A stretch of DNA of 32,000 bases. Origin: Candidatus Lokiarchaeum ossiferum (GTDB lineage: Archaea > Asgardarchaeota > Lokiarchaeia > Sigyniarchaeales > Promethearchaeaceae). Position 1 is the stretch's first letter, and the number at the start of each line of letters is the position of its first letter. The translations under genes were made by a program, and so were the position numbers. The notes beneath the pieces are model-generated. The model was not told the DNA's origin. It saw nothing but the letters and a program-made list of their open reading frames with translations, and made no database searches. Shown here in pieces: positions 1 to 9,299 of this stretch. Where the stretch lies: positions 5,970,001 through 6,002,000 of the forward strand of contig CP104013.1 in the NCBI GenBank assembly GCA_025839675.1, written 5' to 3'.

Positions 1-2
1 AG

Positions 3-521
3 AATCCTGGGGGGTGGGTTAAAAATAAAGAAATTTCTACACGTTTGAATGTGACTGCTCCATCTGTCACAAATATGCTTGAAAAATTATCTGGGGCTAA
101 GTTCATTGACTGGAAACCTCGTAGTGGTATCCGATTAACTGAAATTGGAAGAAATCGTGCGAAAAATTTGGTTACTTACCATATTGTAATCGAATTGTTT
201 CTTCAACGCATTTTAAAGATGGAAGATGTTGAAACAATTGATCGAATTGCGTGCGATTTGGAACATCATTTAACCGATGATATGAAAAATCGTTTTATTG
301 ATCTGCTCGGAATTACCGAGAATCTGACAAATGTGGATAATTTTATACTGGAAGATAAAATTCCAAAGCATATTGAAACGCGACCTGTTTATACGGAGAG
401 AGAATTATTCCAAATTCTCGCTAAGATTGAAGCTACAATTGATAAAGAAACAAATATTGAAAAAAAGCAATCAGACAAAATTCATTCGATTTTTGCTTCA
501 TTCAATCGACAGAATCAATAA
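3..521 (+). CDS. DtxR/MntR-family metal-dependent transcriptional repressor (5' end lies outside the window)
   Basis: The reading frame is open from the window edge (..NPGGWVKNKEISTRLNVTAPSVTNMLEKL..), so the track's TTG start at 45 is internal. The HTH recognition region APSVTNMLEKL is followed by YHIVIELFLQRIL...IACDLEHHL, the helix and His/Glu pattern typical of iron/manganese-dependent repressors. Confidence 0.8.
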   Translation, partial: NPGGWVKNKEISTRLNVTAPSVTNMLEKLSGAKFIDWKPRSGIRLTEIGRNRAKNLVTYHIVIELFLQRILKMEDVETIDRIACDLEHHLTDDMKNRFIDLLGITENLTNVDNFILEDKIPKHIETRPVYTERELFQILAKIEATIDKETNIEKKQSDKIHSIFASFNRQNQ

Positions 522-1680
522 TGGCGTAGGCTTCATTTATTGGAGAACATCCTCCACATCTTATGCATCCTGCTTTGTTTTTTAATGGATTTAAACCAAC
601 ACGTTTACATTCTTGGGCTGCAAATCTTACTATTTCTGAAAAATTCCTTGAATCTGTTTGGGGGATCCTTATTTGTACACCTTGAATATATCTTGCAGGA
701 GTAATTAGTGGGATGGCTCCGGCTTCAATCACTTGAGTTAGATTGGTCTTAGATTTTTCCAAATTTGATTCAAATCCTGTAATCACAAAGGTACTTACTT
801 GGTTTTTCCCAAAAATGCGATTTGCCTCATTCCAATGTTCAATATAAGTGCTAAAAGAAATTTTACTCTTCCCTGGGCAAATTTGATTCCGGAGTTCAGA
901 ATCCAAAATTTCTAAATGTATACCGATAGTATCTGCTCCTGCATCATGAGCTTGTTTATACCATGATTTATCCGCCATCGGTTCGATTTGAATATGAATT
1001 TGTATTTCTGAAAATGAAGATTTCAAAATTTTTAAAATTGGAATATATTGGGCAATTCCTTTATCTGGAGAAGAAGATGTTCCAACAGTTAATGTAAGAT
1101 GCTTGGCAAAGTTAGAGTTTTCCTTTCTAGCCTCTGAAATGGTTTCGACTAGCTGAGCTGCCGTTTTTATTTCAGTTGTAGCCCCATTGGCTAATGAAAA
1201 TTCAATTCCACAAAATTTACATTGTTGGTCGCCACGCCAATATTTACATCTTTGATTTATAGTGGTGGCTAAAGTTTCATCACCATGAATTAAGGCGATT
1301 TTACTGTACGGGATTGAATCTGAAGTTTTTTTAGAATAAAAGTGGGGAACCGGAAGAAGAAAAAGTTTTGGAAGTATTTTATCATCCTGAGTTTTATGTG
1401 TATAGATCACTTCATTAGTGGGTAAAATGTCCTGGATTATTAATGTTGTATCCTGATGGTCATCAATCCAAATAGGAGTACTTACTAAAGTACCTGTTGA
1501 GAATTTAAAATATCTTCCTCCTGCAGGACCTGCGCCTCCTTTTCTTCCTAAATTAAATTGAATGCCTCGCCTTTTGAGATCTTCAATAAGATCTTGAGAA
1601 ATAATTATCCCCTCACAGAGAAGAGTAATTTTGGTTTCTAAAACTAATTCCATAGCTGTTTTTTTTATTGAGGTCGTCAT
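502..1680 (-). CDS. Radical-SAM-like Fe-S enzyme, subfamily not identified
   Basis: 392-aa ORF with an ATG start. It has the Cys triad CKYWRGDQQCKFCG (Cx8CxxC, non-canonical spacing) and a C-terminal CIRCGGC (CxxCxxC). A TATA-like AAAATTTAAAAAAA lies about 27 nt upstream on the minus strand. The 3' end overlaps the convergent repressor gene by 20 nt. Confidence 0.5.
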   Translation of the reverse strand: MTTSIKKTAMELVLETKITLLCEGIIISQDLIEDLKRRGIQFNLGRKGGAGPAGGRYFKFSTGTLVSTPIWIDDHQDTTLIIQDILPTNEVIYTHKTQDDKILPKLFLLPVPHFYSKKTSDSIPYSKIALIHGDETLATTINQRCKYWRGDQQCKFCGIEFSLANGATTEIKTAAQLVETISEARKENSNFAKHLTLTVGTSSSPDKGIAQYIPILKILKSSFSEIQIHIQIEPMADKSWYKQAHDAGADTIGIHLEILDSELRNQICPGKSKISFSTYIEHWNEANRIFGKNQVSTFVITGFESNLEKSKTNLTQVIEAGAIPLITPARYIQGVQIRIPQTDSRNFSEIVRFAAQECKRVGLNPLKNKAGCIRCGGCSPINEAYAIIDSVD

Positions 1681-1764
1681 TCAATGTCTAGGTTATTAGA
1701 TGAACAAAATTTAAAAAAATCTTGGGTTTAGATTATTAGCTATTACAAAAATAGCACTTCTGAA

Positions 1765-2394
1765 TCAGATATGCTTTTTGTAATTCCACTCTTTTTTCAA
1801 TAACGCATAAAAAAACTCGTCACCCCATGCTCCCTTAAAAAATATATTTTCAATGTAGTGTCCTTCTCGTCGAAATCCTAATTTTTCAAGCAATTTGAAA
1901 GAACTATAATTCTTGCAATCACATGAAGCGTATATTCTGTGCAGATTTAACTTATTAAAAGCAAAATCTATGATCGCTGAGACCGCTTCTGTTGCAAATC
2001 CCTGTTTTTGAAATTTAGTTGCTAAAGTATATCCAATTTCTGCTTGTTTTGCATCTTCTGTGACAAATAATGCGCAATCTCCAATATGTTGGCCCGTTTC
2101 TTTTAGTTTCCAAACAATTTGATTCCAATTTCCAGGATCCCCAATTTTTTTACTTACTAAATTGTTTATAAAATTGTAACCATAGGCTTTATCTAAATTC
2201 GGTTCCCAACTCTGATATCTTGCAACTTCTGGTTCATTCCGATATTGGAGAAATGAATCAAGCTCATAAAGTGATATATTTCGAATTATTAACCGCTTTG
2301 TTTCAATTAAAACAGGTGGTTCTAGTGGATTCCCTTGAATTTGTTCTTTAGGTAGGTTCATAGCATTCACACAATGTTGCTGTAGATGTATCAA
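1765..2394 (-). CDS. GNAT family N-acetyltransferase (RimJ/RimL-like)
   Basis: KRLIIRNISLYELDSFLQYRNEPEV.. is an N-terminal pattern of Acetyltransf_3-type GNATs. The core QKQGFATEAVSAIIDFAFNKLNLHRIYASCDCKNYSSFKLLEKLGFRREG is an acetyl-CoA binding motif A/B pattern. The codon at 2394 is TTG. The first ATG (MNLPKEQ) is at 2361 and may be the true start. Confidence 0.8.
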   Translation of the reverse strand: MIHLQQHCVNAMNLPKEQIQGNPLEPPVLIETKRLIIRNISLYELDSFLQYRNEPEVARYQSWEPNLDKAYGYNFINNLVSKKIGDPGNWNQIVWKLKETGQHIGDCALFVTEDAKQAEIGYTLATKFQKQGFATEAVSAIIDFAFNKLNLHRIYASCDCKNYSSFKLLEKLGFRREGHYIENIFFKGAWGDEFFYALLKKEWNYKKHI

Positions 2395-2655
2395 AACTCG
2401 AAATGAAATGCTTACTAGCAGATTAATATTTGTTAGGATTCATTTTTTTTTTAACTTTTCACATTTATCCTATTCCAATAAAAATTTCCATTTTCTTTCA
2501 TGAAATGTATATAAATCTACATCTTTTTCCAGATTTTGTCATTTTTTGATTGCCTTGGATAAATCTCTTACTCCTTTCAGTTCATAAAAAAATGAATAAT
2601 GATTTTGCAAATTTCTCTATATTTTTATTGGATCAGTACCTTAATAGAATATAGG

Positions 2656-3207
2656 ATGGATACTGAAACCCGATTGTTTGATGAACCAGTTCGATATATT
2701 GAAAACCAGATTGTTGAGTTCTTCGTGGAAAATGTTGATATTTTGAAAAACGATTCACAATCAAAACTCATCTATGCTTACTATTTAATTCATCATAAGT
2801 TAAGCAAAGACAACTTGATCATATTGACCGGTTTTGATCCACAAGATATTTCCTCATCCTTAAAAGTTCTTGTGAAGATGGGGTGCATACGTCAATATGC
2901 AAAATCTGAATCCACATACGTTTTAGAAGATTTCACAATCACACCCATTTCTTTCTCATTTGTTGACAAAATGCTTTTAGATCAAGGGAAAGTAAAGGAG
3001 TGGAGACCACGATTTCGAAATATAAAACAAACTTTAGTATCTAATGTGCAGAATATTAATATTTTACACGGATACTATGCAGTATATACTTGGGTTGTCA
3101 AAATTTTGGATTTAATGCCTGGTTATGATGAAAACTATATTGATATCAATACAGTAAAAGATCGTAATTTTGCCTATTTGCCATTTTCCAGATTTTTCAC
3201 CGTATAG
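2656..3207 (+). CDS. Hypothetical protein, possible winged-helix DNA-binding fold
   Basis: The ORF 2599-3207 has a hydrophobic, odd-looking first 19 codons. MDTETRLF at 2656 has a TATA-like TATATTTTTAT about 27-37 nt upstream. LSKDNLIILTGFDPQDISSSLKVLVKMGCIRQY resembles a wHTH (TrmB/MarR-like) segment, but this is only a weak pattern match. Confidence 0.4.
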   Translation: MDTETRLFDEPVRYIENQIVEFFVENVDILKNDSQSKLIYAYYLIHHKLSKDNLIILTGFDPQDISSSLKVLVKMGCIRQYAKSESTYVLEDFTITPISFSFVDKMLLDQGKVKEWRPRFRNIKQTLVSNVQNINILHGYYAVYTWVVKILDLMPGYDENYIDINTVKDRNFAYLPFSRFFTV

Positions 3208-3311
3208 GACTGAAGTTTTGTTTTTTTGTTTCTCATATTTTAGCAAGGTTTATTTCGCTTTTCATGCCCGTTTCATTGACAAATGCCTTCTTCTATGACA
3301 TCTTTGTTAAT

Positions 3312-3815
3312 TCATGCAATTATTTCCCAATTTTTCACGATCTGCTTGCACAAATTGTTTATTTTATCTAATATCACTTCATATCCGTGATAATCCATTC
3401 CATACGGGTCCTCAACATCGCCACTTAAACTTGCCCCTTCGGATAAAGTTTGAACTTTCCCATTTTTTAAAAAGTTACTTTCTTCAATATTATTTTTTCC
3501 AAACCTCGAAATTATGGTATCTTTCATATATTGTTCTAAAACATAAATAATATCTGATTCTTGGACAAGATCTTTCGATATTTTGGTAGATGAAAATTTT
3601 TGGATGTCTAACCCAATATTTTTTTTTTCAAGATACCTTTGGGAATTTAATGACATTTCACGAAAGGATGGATCTAAACCAGCGGATCTAATTTCAATTG
3701 ATTTCAGTGCTGAAATTGTGGAATTTTTTAAATAGTATTTTAACATATATTCTGCCACGGGGCTCCGGCAGATATTTCCATAACAGATTACTAAGACCTT
3801 TTGTGGAATTTCCAT
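3312..3815 (-). CDS. Low-molecular-weight protein-tyrosine phosphatase (or arsenate-reductase-type LMW-PTP fold)
   Basis: N-terminal P-loop VLVICYGNICRSPVAE (C-X5-R-S signature) and a C-terminal Asp loop DVEDPYG. The 167-aa size is typical of the family. Confidence 0.9.
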   Translation of the reverse strand: MEIPQKVLVICYGNICRSPVAEYMLKYYLKNSTISALKSIEIRSAGLDPSFREMSLNSQRYLEKKNIGLDIQKFSSTKISKDLVQESDIIYVLEQYMKDTIISRFGKNNIEESNFLKNGKVQTLSEGASLSGDVEDPYGMDYHGYEVILDKINNLCKQIVKNWEIIA

Positions 3816-3927
3816 AATAAATATTCTTTTTTTGTGCTAATAGGTTTTTACCTTAACACACTCAGATTTTAAAAATTGATTTTTTTAAGCAAGTGAATCG
3901 AATTGAAAATTATAAGTGATTTAAATA

Positions 3928-4955
3928 ATGAATGTCCAAAGTGCTACTAAACAAATATTATCAATAGAAAACATCAAGAAAGTTGTTCAAATACATTATG
4001 GTATTGATGTATCTATAGGAAAAATCATGGAATTGTCTGAAGGGTATTATTCAACTGCTTATTCCATTGAATTGCTTGATTTTGATTTTGATATTGTACT
4101 TAAGGCTGCTCCTATCGATAACTTGCATCAATTAACATACGAATTTCATGGAATTGAAACTGAGATCAAAATTCTTCAAATGCTACAGAATAAACTCAAA
4201 CACTTGTTAATCCCTTCCCCCAAGTTAATCACATTTGATTTAACATGTTCAAAAATCGACCTTAAATACTTCATCGTAGAAAAATTTACAGGGAAATCTT
4301 GGAAGAGCCTTAAAAAAACATTAAGTGATAAAGAAAAAGGTTCAATCCAAAAATCCCTCGGTTATATTCAAAAACAATTGAATTCAATACAAAATTCTCA
4401 TTTTGGACCAATTTTTGATCCTAACCATCCTGATGAGTTCAAACTTAAAACTCTCTCTTGGTCTAGAACGTTTAAGGGCTTGATGGACAATTTGTTTATC
4501 GATTCAGAAAGATTTGGTGTAAAAATCCCTGTTAATCATGAAAAAATGGATCAAATTCTTGCAAAGCTCATTCTTCCTTAGAGGAAATAACAACTCCAAA
4601 ATTAATTCATTGGGATTTATGGGAAGGAAATATTTTTCTAAGGAAAAATGGGGATGATTGGATAATTGAGGGTATCATTGATTTTGAACGAGGTATGTGG
4701 GGTGATCCACTTATGGAATTGTTTTTCCGCAATGAATTTCGAAACCATGCTTTTTTAGAAGGCTATGGATCTTTCTCATTTAGTGATAAATCAACTCGAG
4801 TTAGAGACCATTTGTACGATATTTACCTTTCCTTGATCTTTATTATTGAAAGCACAGCACGCCAATGTCAAATATGGCATAAAGTTGGTTTTAAAATATA
4901 TGGCTGGCTAAAATTTGCTCAGAATTGGCGAAGATTGAAAAAAATTTTAAAGTAG
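3928..4955 (+). pseudogene. Aminoglycoside/choline-kinase-type phosphotransferase (protein-kinase-like fold), interrupted by a frameshift near 4565-4581
   Basis: ORF 3928-4581 carries the N-lobe (VLKAAP Lys, ETEIKILQML helix) and stops at TAG 4579-4581. The -1 frame is open from 4542 and encodes SLEEITTPKLIHWDLWEGNIFL...IIDFERGMWGDPLMEL, which contains the HxDxxxxN catalytic loop and a DFE metal-binding motif, and continues into ORF 4695-4955. The two halves make one enzyme only if a 1-nt frame change is assumed. Confidence 0.7.
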
Positions 4956-5077
4956 GTCAACAAAGGATTTTCCATTGTTTGATTGAATTTGCTTGGAATG
5001 TGGTTTTTCTATTTTTTTTCTTCACCAGATACTAAATTGAATCTTCTCGTTGAATAATAACACTTCTATTTTTACTG

Positions 5078-6982
5078 CTAAAATAAAAATATATTTTGAT
5101 GGTCAATTTCAATGTCCGAAAGATATTTTACCTCCATTTTTATTATTTTTCCATCGACAATCTCGATATTTCGATACGCTCCGCTTTTTTCTGAGGATGA
5201 CAATTTTCGAATTCCCAGCGAAGGTGTTTGACAAACTAGGGGTAAATGATCCAAAATGAATTCCATGGGATACAATGAAGTATAATCATCATAATAGATT
5301 GAAAAAGGTTGACTTCGCCCCAGATCTTGAGGGGAATAAGAAAATCGAATTTCATTAGCTTCATGAGTATGCCCTGCTAAATTTATCATGTTATATTTTA
5401 ACATCAAAGCAAGAGTATTTTTCCAATTTCTACTAACCGACCCGTAATCGAATTCCAAATGCGGATCTGCTCTACCATTAGAAGTTCTTAACCTTTTTAA
5501 ATTGCGTTCCTTGAACATTGAAGGATGTAAATATTTCATTTTTTTAAAAATTTTGAGAAATTTTCTCAAAACGATATTTTTTATTATCGGGTTTAGCATC
5601 GGGCTGTGAGTCATAAAAAAATTATTTGTTTTCCCATCTTCTTTCATAATTCGTGAGGTAACAGTCTTCATAAATAAATATTGCCTATCAGAAAACCCTT
5701 TCGACGCAGGATTGGCCATCAAGAGGTCTTTCATTCTCAAGATTCGCTCACCCCGTGAATTCATCAACAAAAATCTATTTTTCCCAAATTCTATAAAGTA
5801 ATCATCAAAAGGATTTACATATTGATAATAGGGTCGGAGGCAATATTTATCAACGGCTAAGGCCTTGTAGTTCGCTCTTGGATATGGATCTTTGAAAGTC
5901 TGTGCCTCCAATAAATGGAGTCCGAAAGTCCGATAAAGTCCTGCAGTATGCAATGAGTAGGGATATATCCGAACATCATGATTTCCTGTAATCGTATAGA
6001 ACGGCACTGCTAACTCTTCATGTTCGACAATATTTTTTGCGGCAATCCCTTCTCGTAATTCGATCGGATCATTCAAAATTAAATTTAGAAATGTTTCCCA
6101 ATTGGATTCCGTTATTTTATATAGTTCCTTGCTCCGAATTGTGTTCTTAAGATAATAATCGATGATATCACCTGTCATGAAAATAACATCTAATTTCTCT
6201 AAACTTGCGCGATAATTGGCCCAGAGTATGAATTGTCGTAATTTATTATTTGGATTTTTAAAACGCGATTGAAGGTCGAGTTTCTGTATCAAGGGGGGAA
6301 GTTTATCAAAATTGATCTTCAGCTTATGTTTCGATAAAATATCTAAAAATTCATCATATCGCTTTCCAATATGAAGATCGGTGATTTGAATGAATTTTAA
6401 ATTATCCCAAGATTTCTTCCGGATAACTAACGAATGATAACATATTCGGTATATTGGATAATCTTTATGTGTATCTTGAGCTGAAAATGTTTGGTAAATA
6501 TCAAACATCAGAAATGGATGATTTTGTAGAAAAGTGGTGTTTTTTGAATCTTGATGAATCTGAAAAGTCCCGGTTGCAGAAAAAATACAGCGATTTGTCC
6601 CAAAAAAATTATGACGGAGAAGAAAAGATGGACGATCATCTTTCAATTGATAAAGATCTTGTAAACACTCGTTTTCTATACAAAGAGATAAGTTTTGTTT
6701 TATATCAGATAAATTAATGGGAATAGGGTAGCCCCGAATAAGTTTACGGGTTTGAGGATCGTGTTCATAAAGCGGAACCGCAAAAAGCTGATTTTTGAAT
6801 TGGTCTTTTAATTGAGTTAGGCTAATTTCCTCCTTTGCTACTATATTTAATTTGAATTCAAACTTAGGATGCTGGTTTATCGCTTTCTCTTCTATTTTTT
6901 CCACTAATATTGCAGGATACCCAATATTTGGAGAAGCAACAAAAGGAAAATCCATATAATCTTTGAATTCTGCATTCTTCAT
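5078..6982 (-). CDS. Calcineurin-like metallophosphoesterase with a ~190-aa N-terminal domain of unknown function
   Basis: All canonical MPE motifs occur in order: IQITDLHIG (DxH), FMTGDIIDY (GD), TITGNHD (GNHD), FFMTHSP (H), LAGHTHEANE (GHxH). ATG start at 6982. Confidence 0.85.
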   Translation of the reverse strand: MKNAEFKDYMDFPFVASPNIGYPAILVEKIEEKAINQHPKFEFKLNIVAKEEISLTQLKDQFKNQLFAVPLYEHDPQTRKLIRGYPIPINLSDIKQNLSLCIENECLQDLYQLKDDRPSFLLRHNFFGTNRCIFSATGTFQIHQDSKNTTFLQNHPFLMFDIYQTFSAQDTHKDYPIYRICYHSLVIRKKSWDNLKFIQITDLHIGKRYDEFLDILSKHKLKINFDKLPPLIQKLDLQSRFKNPNNKLRQFILWANYRASLEKLDVIFMTGDIIDYYLKNTIRSKELYKITESNWETFLNLILNDPIELREGIAAKNIVEHEELAVPFYTITGNHDVRIYPYSLHTAGLYRTFGLHLLEAQTFKDPYPRANYKALAVDKYCLRPYYQYVNPFDDYFIEFGKNRFLLMNSRGERILRMKDLLMANPASKGFSDRQYLFMKTVTSRIMKEDGKTNNFFMTHSPMLNPIIKNIVLRKFLKIFKKMKYLHPSMFKERNLKRLRTSNGRADPHLEFDYGSVSRNWKNTLALMLKYNMINLAGHTHEANEIRFSYSPQDLGRSQPFSIYYDDYTSLYPMEFILDHLPLVCQTPSLGIRKLSSSEKSGAYRNIEIVDGKIIKMEVKYLSDIEIDHQNIFLF

Positions 6983-7258
6983 TTCTATACCCTCATTGTT
7001 TTAGAAAACTCAATTATGGTAAATTTGAAAGAAATTATCCATGTGATAATAATACATTACCTAAGTTAAATTCACTTTTGCAAAAACTAATTAAAATGAA
7101 ATTAATAGATTGGTTTAGATTCATTAGATAAAAGAGAAATTATCGAAAAGGCAATCTTTTTTTAATTGTTTTGATTCCAATCAAGAAATACAATTTCACT
7201 GTTGAAATTCTTGTTCTTTTTTCCATTAAGATTAAACACTCAAATCCCGTTTAGGTTC

Positions 7259-8023
7259 TTAGACTTTTTTTCCCAATTCACTCTTTTCATTTTGTTTCCA
7301 ATACTCAAAATCATGATCCAAATCGTCCATATAGTGATCAATTGTTTCTGAAGATCCTGCATTGAAAAGTGCTTGAAAATCGTTTAATACTTTCTGATTG
7401 GCTTTTATTTCTTCTATTATCTTTGGAAAATTGAAGGATATTGCTTCTTGCAAAATTTGATCCAAAATTTGAGTTGCTTGAGTATATTGATGGTAGGAGA
7501 TCAGTTCGGGGATTTTTTTAAGTTGTGATTTTATTTCTTTTTGTTTATTCGCCTCTTCTTCGAGTAAATCTTGATGGAGTGCGGTTATAACTTCGATCAA
7601 ATTTTGATCTATAAACTGGCTAATCTTTTTTGAGTATAAATTCTGTTTAAATCTTCGGGTAAGTTGAATCGCTTCTGTCTTTCTGTTTTGTTCAATTAGA
7701 GTTTCAATTTTATCTTTCAATTCTAAAAATTGTACATTTATTGCAGTTTTTTTTGATAGATAAACTAAAGTGGTTGAGTTAAGACTGACATCTTCAAGTC
7801 GAAACTCCTTCTTCACTGTTTTAAGAATTGATGAAGCTTGGTCAAATTTTTTTTCTGAAATCGCTTGATTGATTTCTTCAATCTCCCTATGATGAATATC
7901 CATCAAGTGGTGGATTAGTTCATCTTGTTTGTTAGGAATCCGATCTGCGATCAGTTTCGCCAAAATTATTAATACTGCAAATATGAATATAAAAGTTATT
8001 CCAGATGGCATTTGATTGATCAT
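7259..8023 (-). CDS. Single-pass membrane protein of the 'LDxDFxxW-x7-LGKK' family (TM + cytoplasmic helical-repeat domain + conserved C-terminal peptide)
   Basis: N-terminal TM GITFIFIFAVLIILAKLIA, then a ~220-aa helical region with TPR-like segments (ISEKKFDQASSILKTV; ISYHQYTQATQILDQILQEA). The C-terminus is HYMDDLDHDFEYWKQNEKSELGKKV-stop. It is a paralogue of 25611-26399 and of the C-terminal third of 19727-21421. Confidence 0.75.
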   Translation of the reverse strand: MINQMPSGITFIFIFAVLIILAKLIADRIPNKQDELIHHLMDIHHREIEEINQAISEKKFDQASSILKTVKKEFRLEDVSLNSTTLVYLSKKTAINVQFLELKDKIETLIEQNRKTEAIQLTRRFKQNLYSKKISQFIDQNLIEVITALHQDLLEEEANKQKEIKSQLKKIPELISYHQYTQATQILDQILQEAISFNFPKIIEEIKANQKVLNDFQALFNAGSSETIDHYMDDLDHDFEYWKQNEKSELGKKV

Positions 8024-8181
8024 CTCTTCAAGTGATATATGAAATGACGTTATATAAAATTAGGTATGCATGATATCAATGCTTCTCCATCATTTCTGTT
8101 AGTTTGAACTTTTTTTATCGTAAAATTAATCCATTCGCATTATCACTCAACACTGAATTCCCGTGCACGAATGAAAAAACC

Positions 8182-8189
8182 TTTTTAAT
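8182..8189 (+). promoter_or_regulatory. TATA-like box (TTTTTAAT) ending 23 nt upstream of the ATG at 8212
   Basis: The spacing matches other genes in the window, where a box ends 21-26 nt before the start codon. This is consistent with an archaeal leaderless transcript. Confidence 0.35.
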
Positions 8190-8211
8190 CCCAAACAGAT
8201 TGAAACAAACA

Positions 8212-9006
8212 ATGGAAAAGAAATTCCTCATAACGAACCAACGTGATTATGATCTACACACCATCCATTATTCCCGTTTGGAACAATTCAATCCAACACT
8301 CCCCTTAGTGATCCTTGTTCATGGATACTGCGGGGATAAAGAAAATGCGGGTTATAATAATCCTAATTTTGATAAAGGAAGATACCACAAATTGGCTACT
8401 GCATTATTGGAAGTCGGGTTTGAAGTTCTAGCTTTTGATCTGTCTGGGCAAGGTGAAAACATTCGCGAACCCATTAGAATTTCCCATGCCATCCAAGATT
8501 TAGAGGATGTTTATATCTATGCTCAAAACCTAGGTTATCATACCATTGGAACTGTGGGGTATTCTATGGGGGGATTAGTGTCCCTCCATGCTCGGCTTCC
8601 CGATCGCAAGGTCGCCGTGTTTTGGGCTCCGGCTTTCTATCCTTCTAGAGCGGCCAGTAAATTGAAGCGAAAATTGTATTCTCTCATATTATCCTTGCGA
8701 AGAAAACCAATCAAGGCGGGGGCAAATTTTCAAGATGTGTTAATAGATAAGAAAAGTTTTCAAGAATCGCTCTTGGGAACTCCTGACGTTATGTTGCAAC
8801 AATTTACTATTCCGACCCTAATATTGCAAGGCGATTGTGATCCAACAGTCCAACAAGCATGGACTGAAGAAGCCTTCCATAAAATGCCGCAAGATGCAAA
8901 TCACCGCATAAAGATTATTCCTCGCGCAGAACACCACTTTCATCGGGAAATTTTACAGGAATTTATCACCTTTACTAGAGATTTTTTCCTTAAGCATCTT
9001 AAATAA
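8212..9006 (+). CDS. Alpha/beta-fold hydrolase
   Basis: Nucleophile elbow GYSMGG (GxSxG), oxyanion-region VILVHGYCGDK, and late DCD and HH residues consistent with a Ser-Asp-His triad. The track start at 8104 is TTG. The in-frame ATG (MEKKFLITNQ) at 8212 has a properly spaced TATA-like box. Confidence 0.8.
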   Translation: MEKKFLITNQRDYDLHTIHYSRLEQFNPTLPLVILVHGYCGDKENAGYNNPNFDKGRYHKLATALLEVGFEVLAFDLSGQGENIREPIRISHAIQDLEDVYIYAQNLGYHTIGTVGYSMGGLVSLHARLPDRKVAVFWAPAFYPSRAASKLKRKLYSLILSLRRKPIKAGANFQDVLIDKKSFQESLLGTPDVMLQQFTIPTLILQGDCDPTVQQAWTEEAFHKMPQDANHRIKIIPRAEHHFHREILQEFITFTRDFFLKHLK

Positions 9007-9269
9007 TTTCCTTGGAGATTCTTTTTTTAATTCCAGGAAATCCATCTATTTTTCCGATCTTTTAAGTAAATCCCCAACATAATGAACTTGTCTATTTGTT
9101 CTCCCTAATTTGAAAATATTTTCTGAAACGGTTTAAATTTTCTTCCTTCTGTTTTTTATTTTGATACTCTCTGAAAATAATTATGAAATGTCTCTATTCC
9201 TCTTTTTCCAATTATCCCTCTCGAGTTGTTCACCTCTTCTTCCTTTGTTTTTTTTCGACAGAGTTGAAA

Positions 9270-9277
9270 TTTATATA
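9270..9277 (+). promoter_or_regulatory. TATA box (TTTATATA) ending 23 nt upstream of the ATG at 9300
   Basis: Near-consensus archaeal TATA sequence at leaderless-mRNA distance from the start codon. Confidence 0.45.
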
Positions 9278-9299
9278 CCCTTTTTGTTAATAATAGATC

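Noticed and set aside
331-585. 84-aa + strand ORF overlapping the repressor 3' end and the radical-SAM 3' end
   Set aside because: It is an alternative frame of two better-supported genes.
5050-6717. ORFs 5050-5259 and 6454-6717 on the + strand
   Set aside because: They are antisense shadows of the metallophosphoesterase gene, whose five catalytic motifs validate the minus-strand frame.
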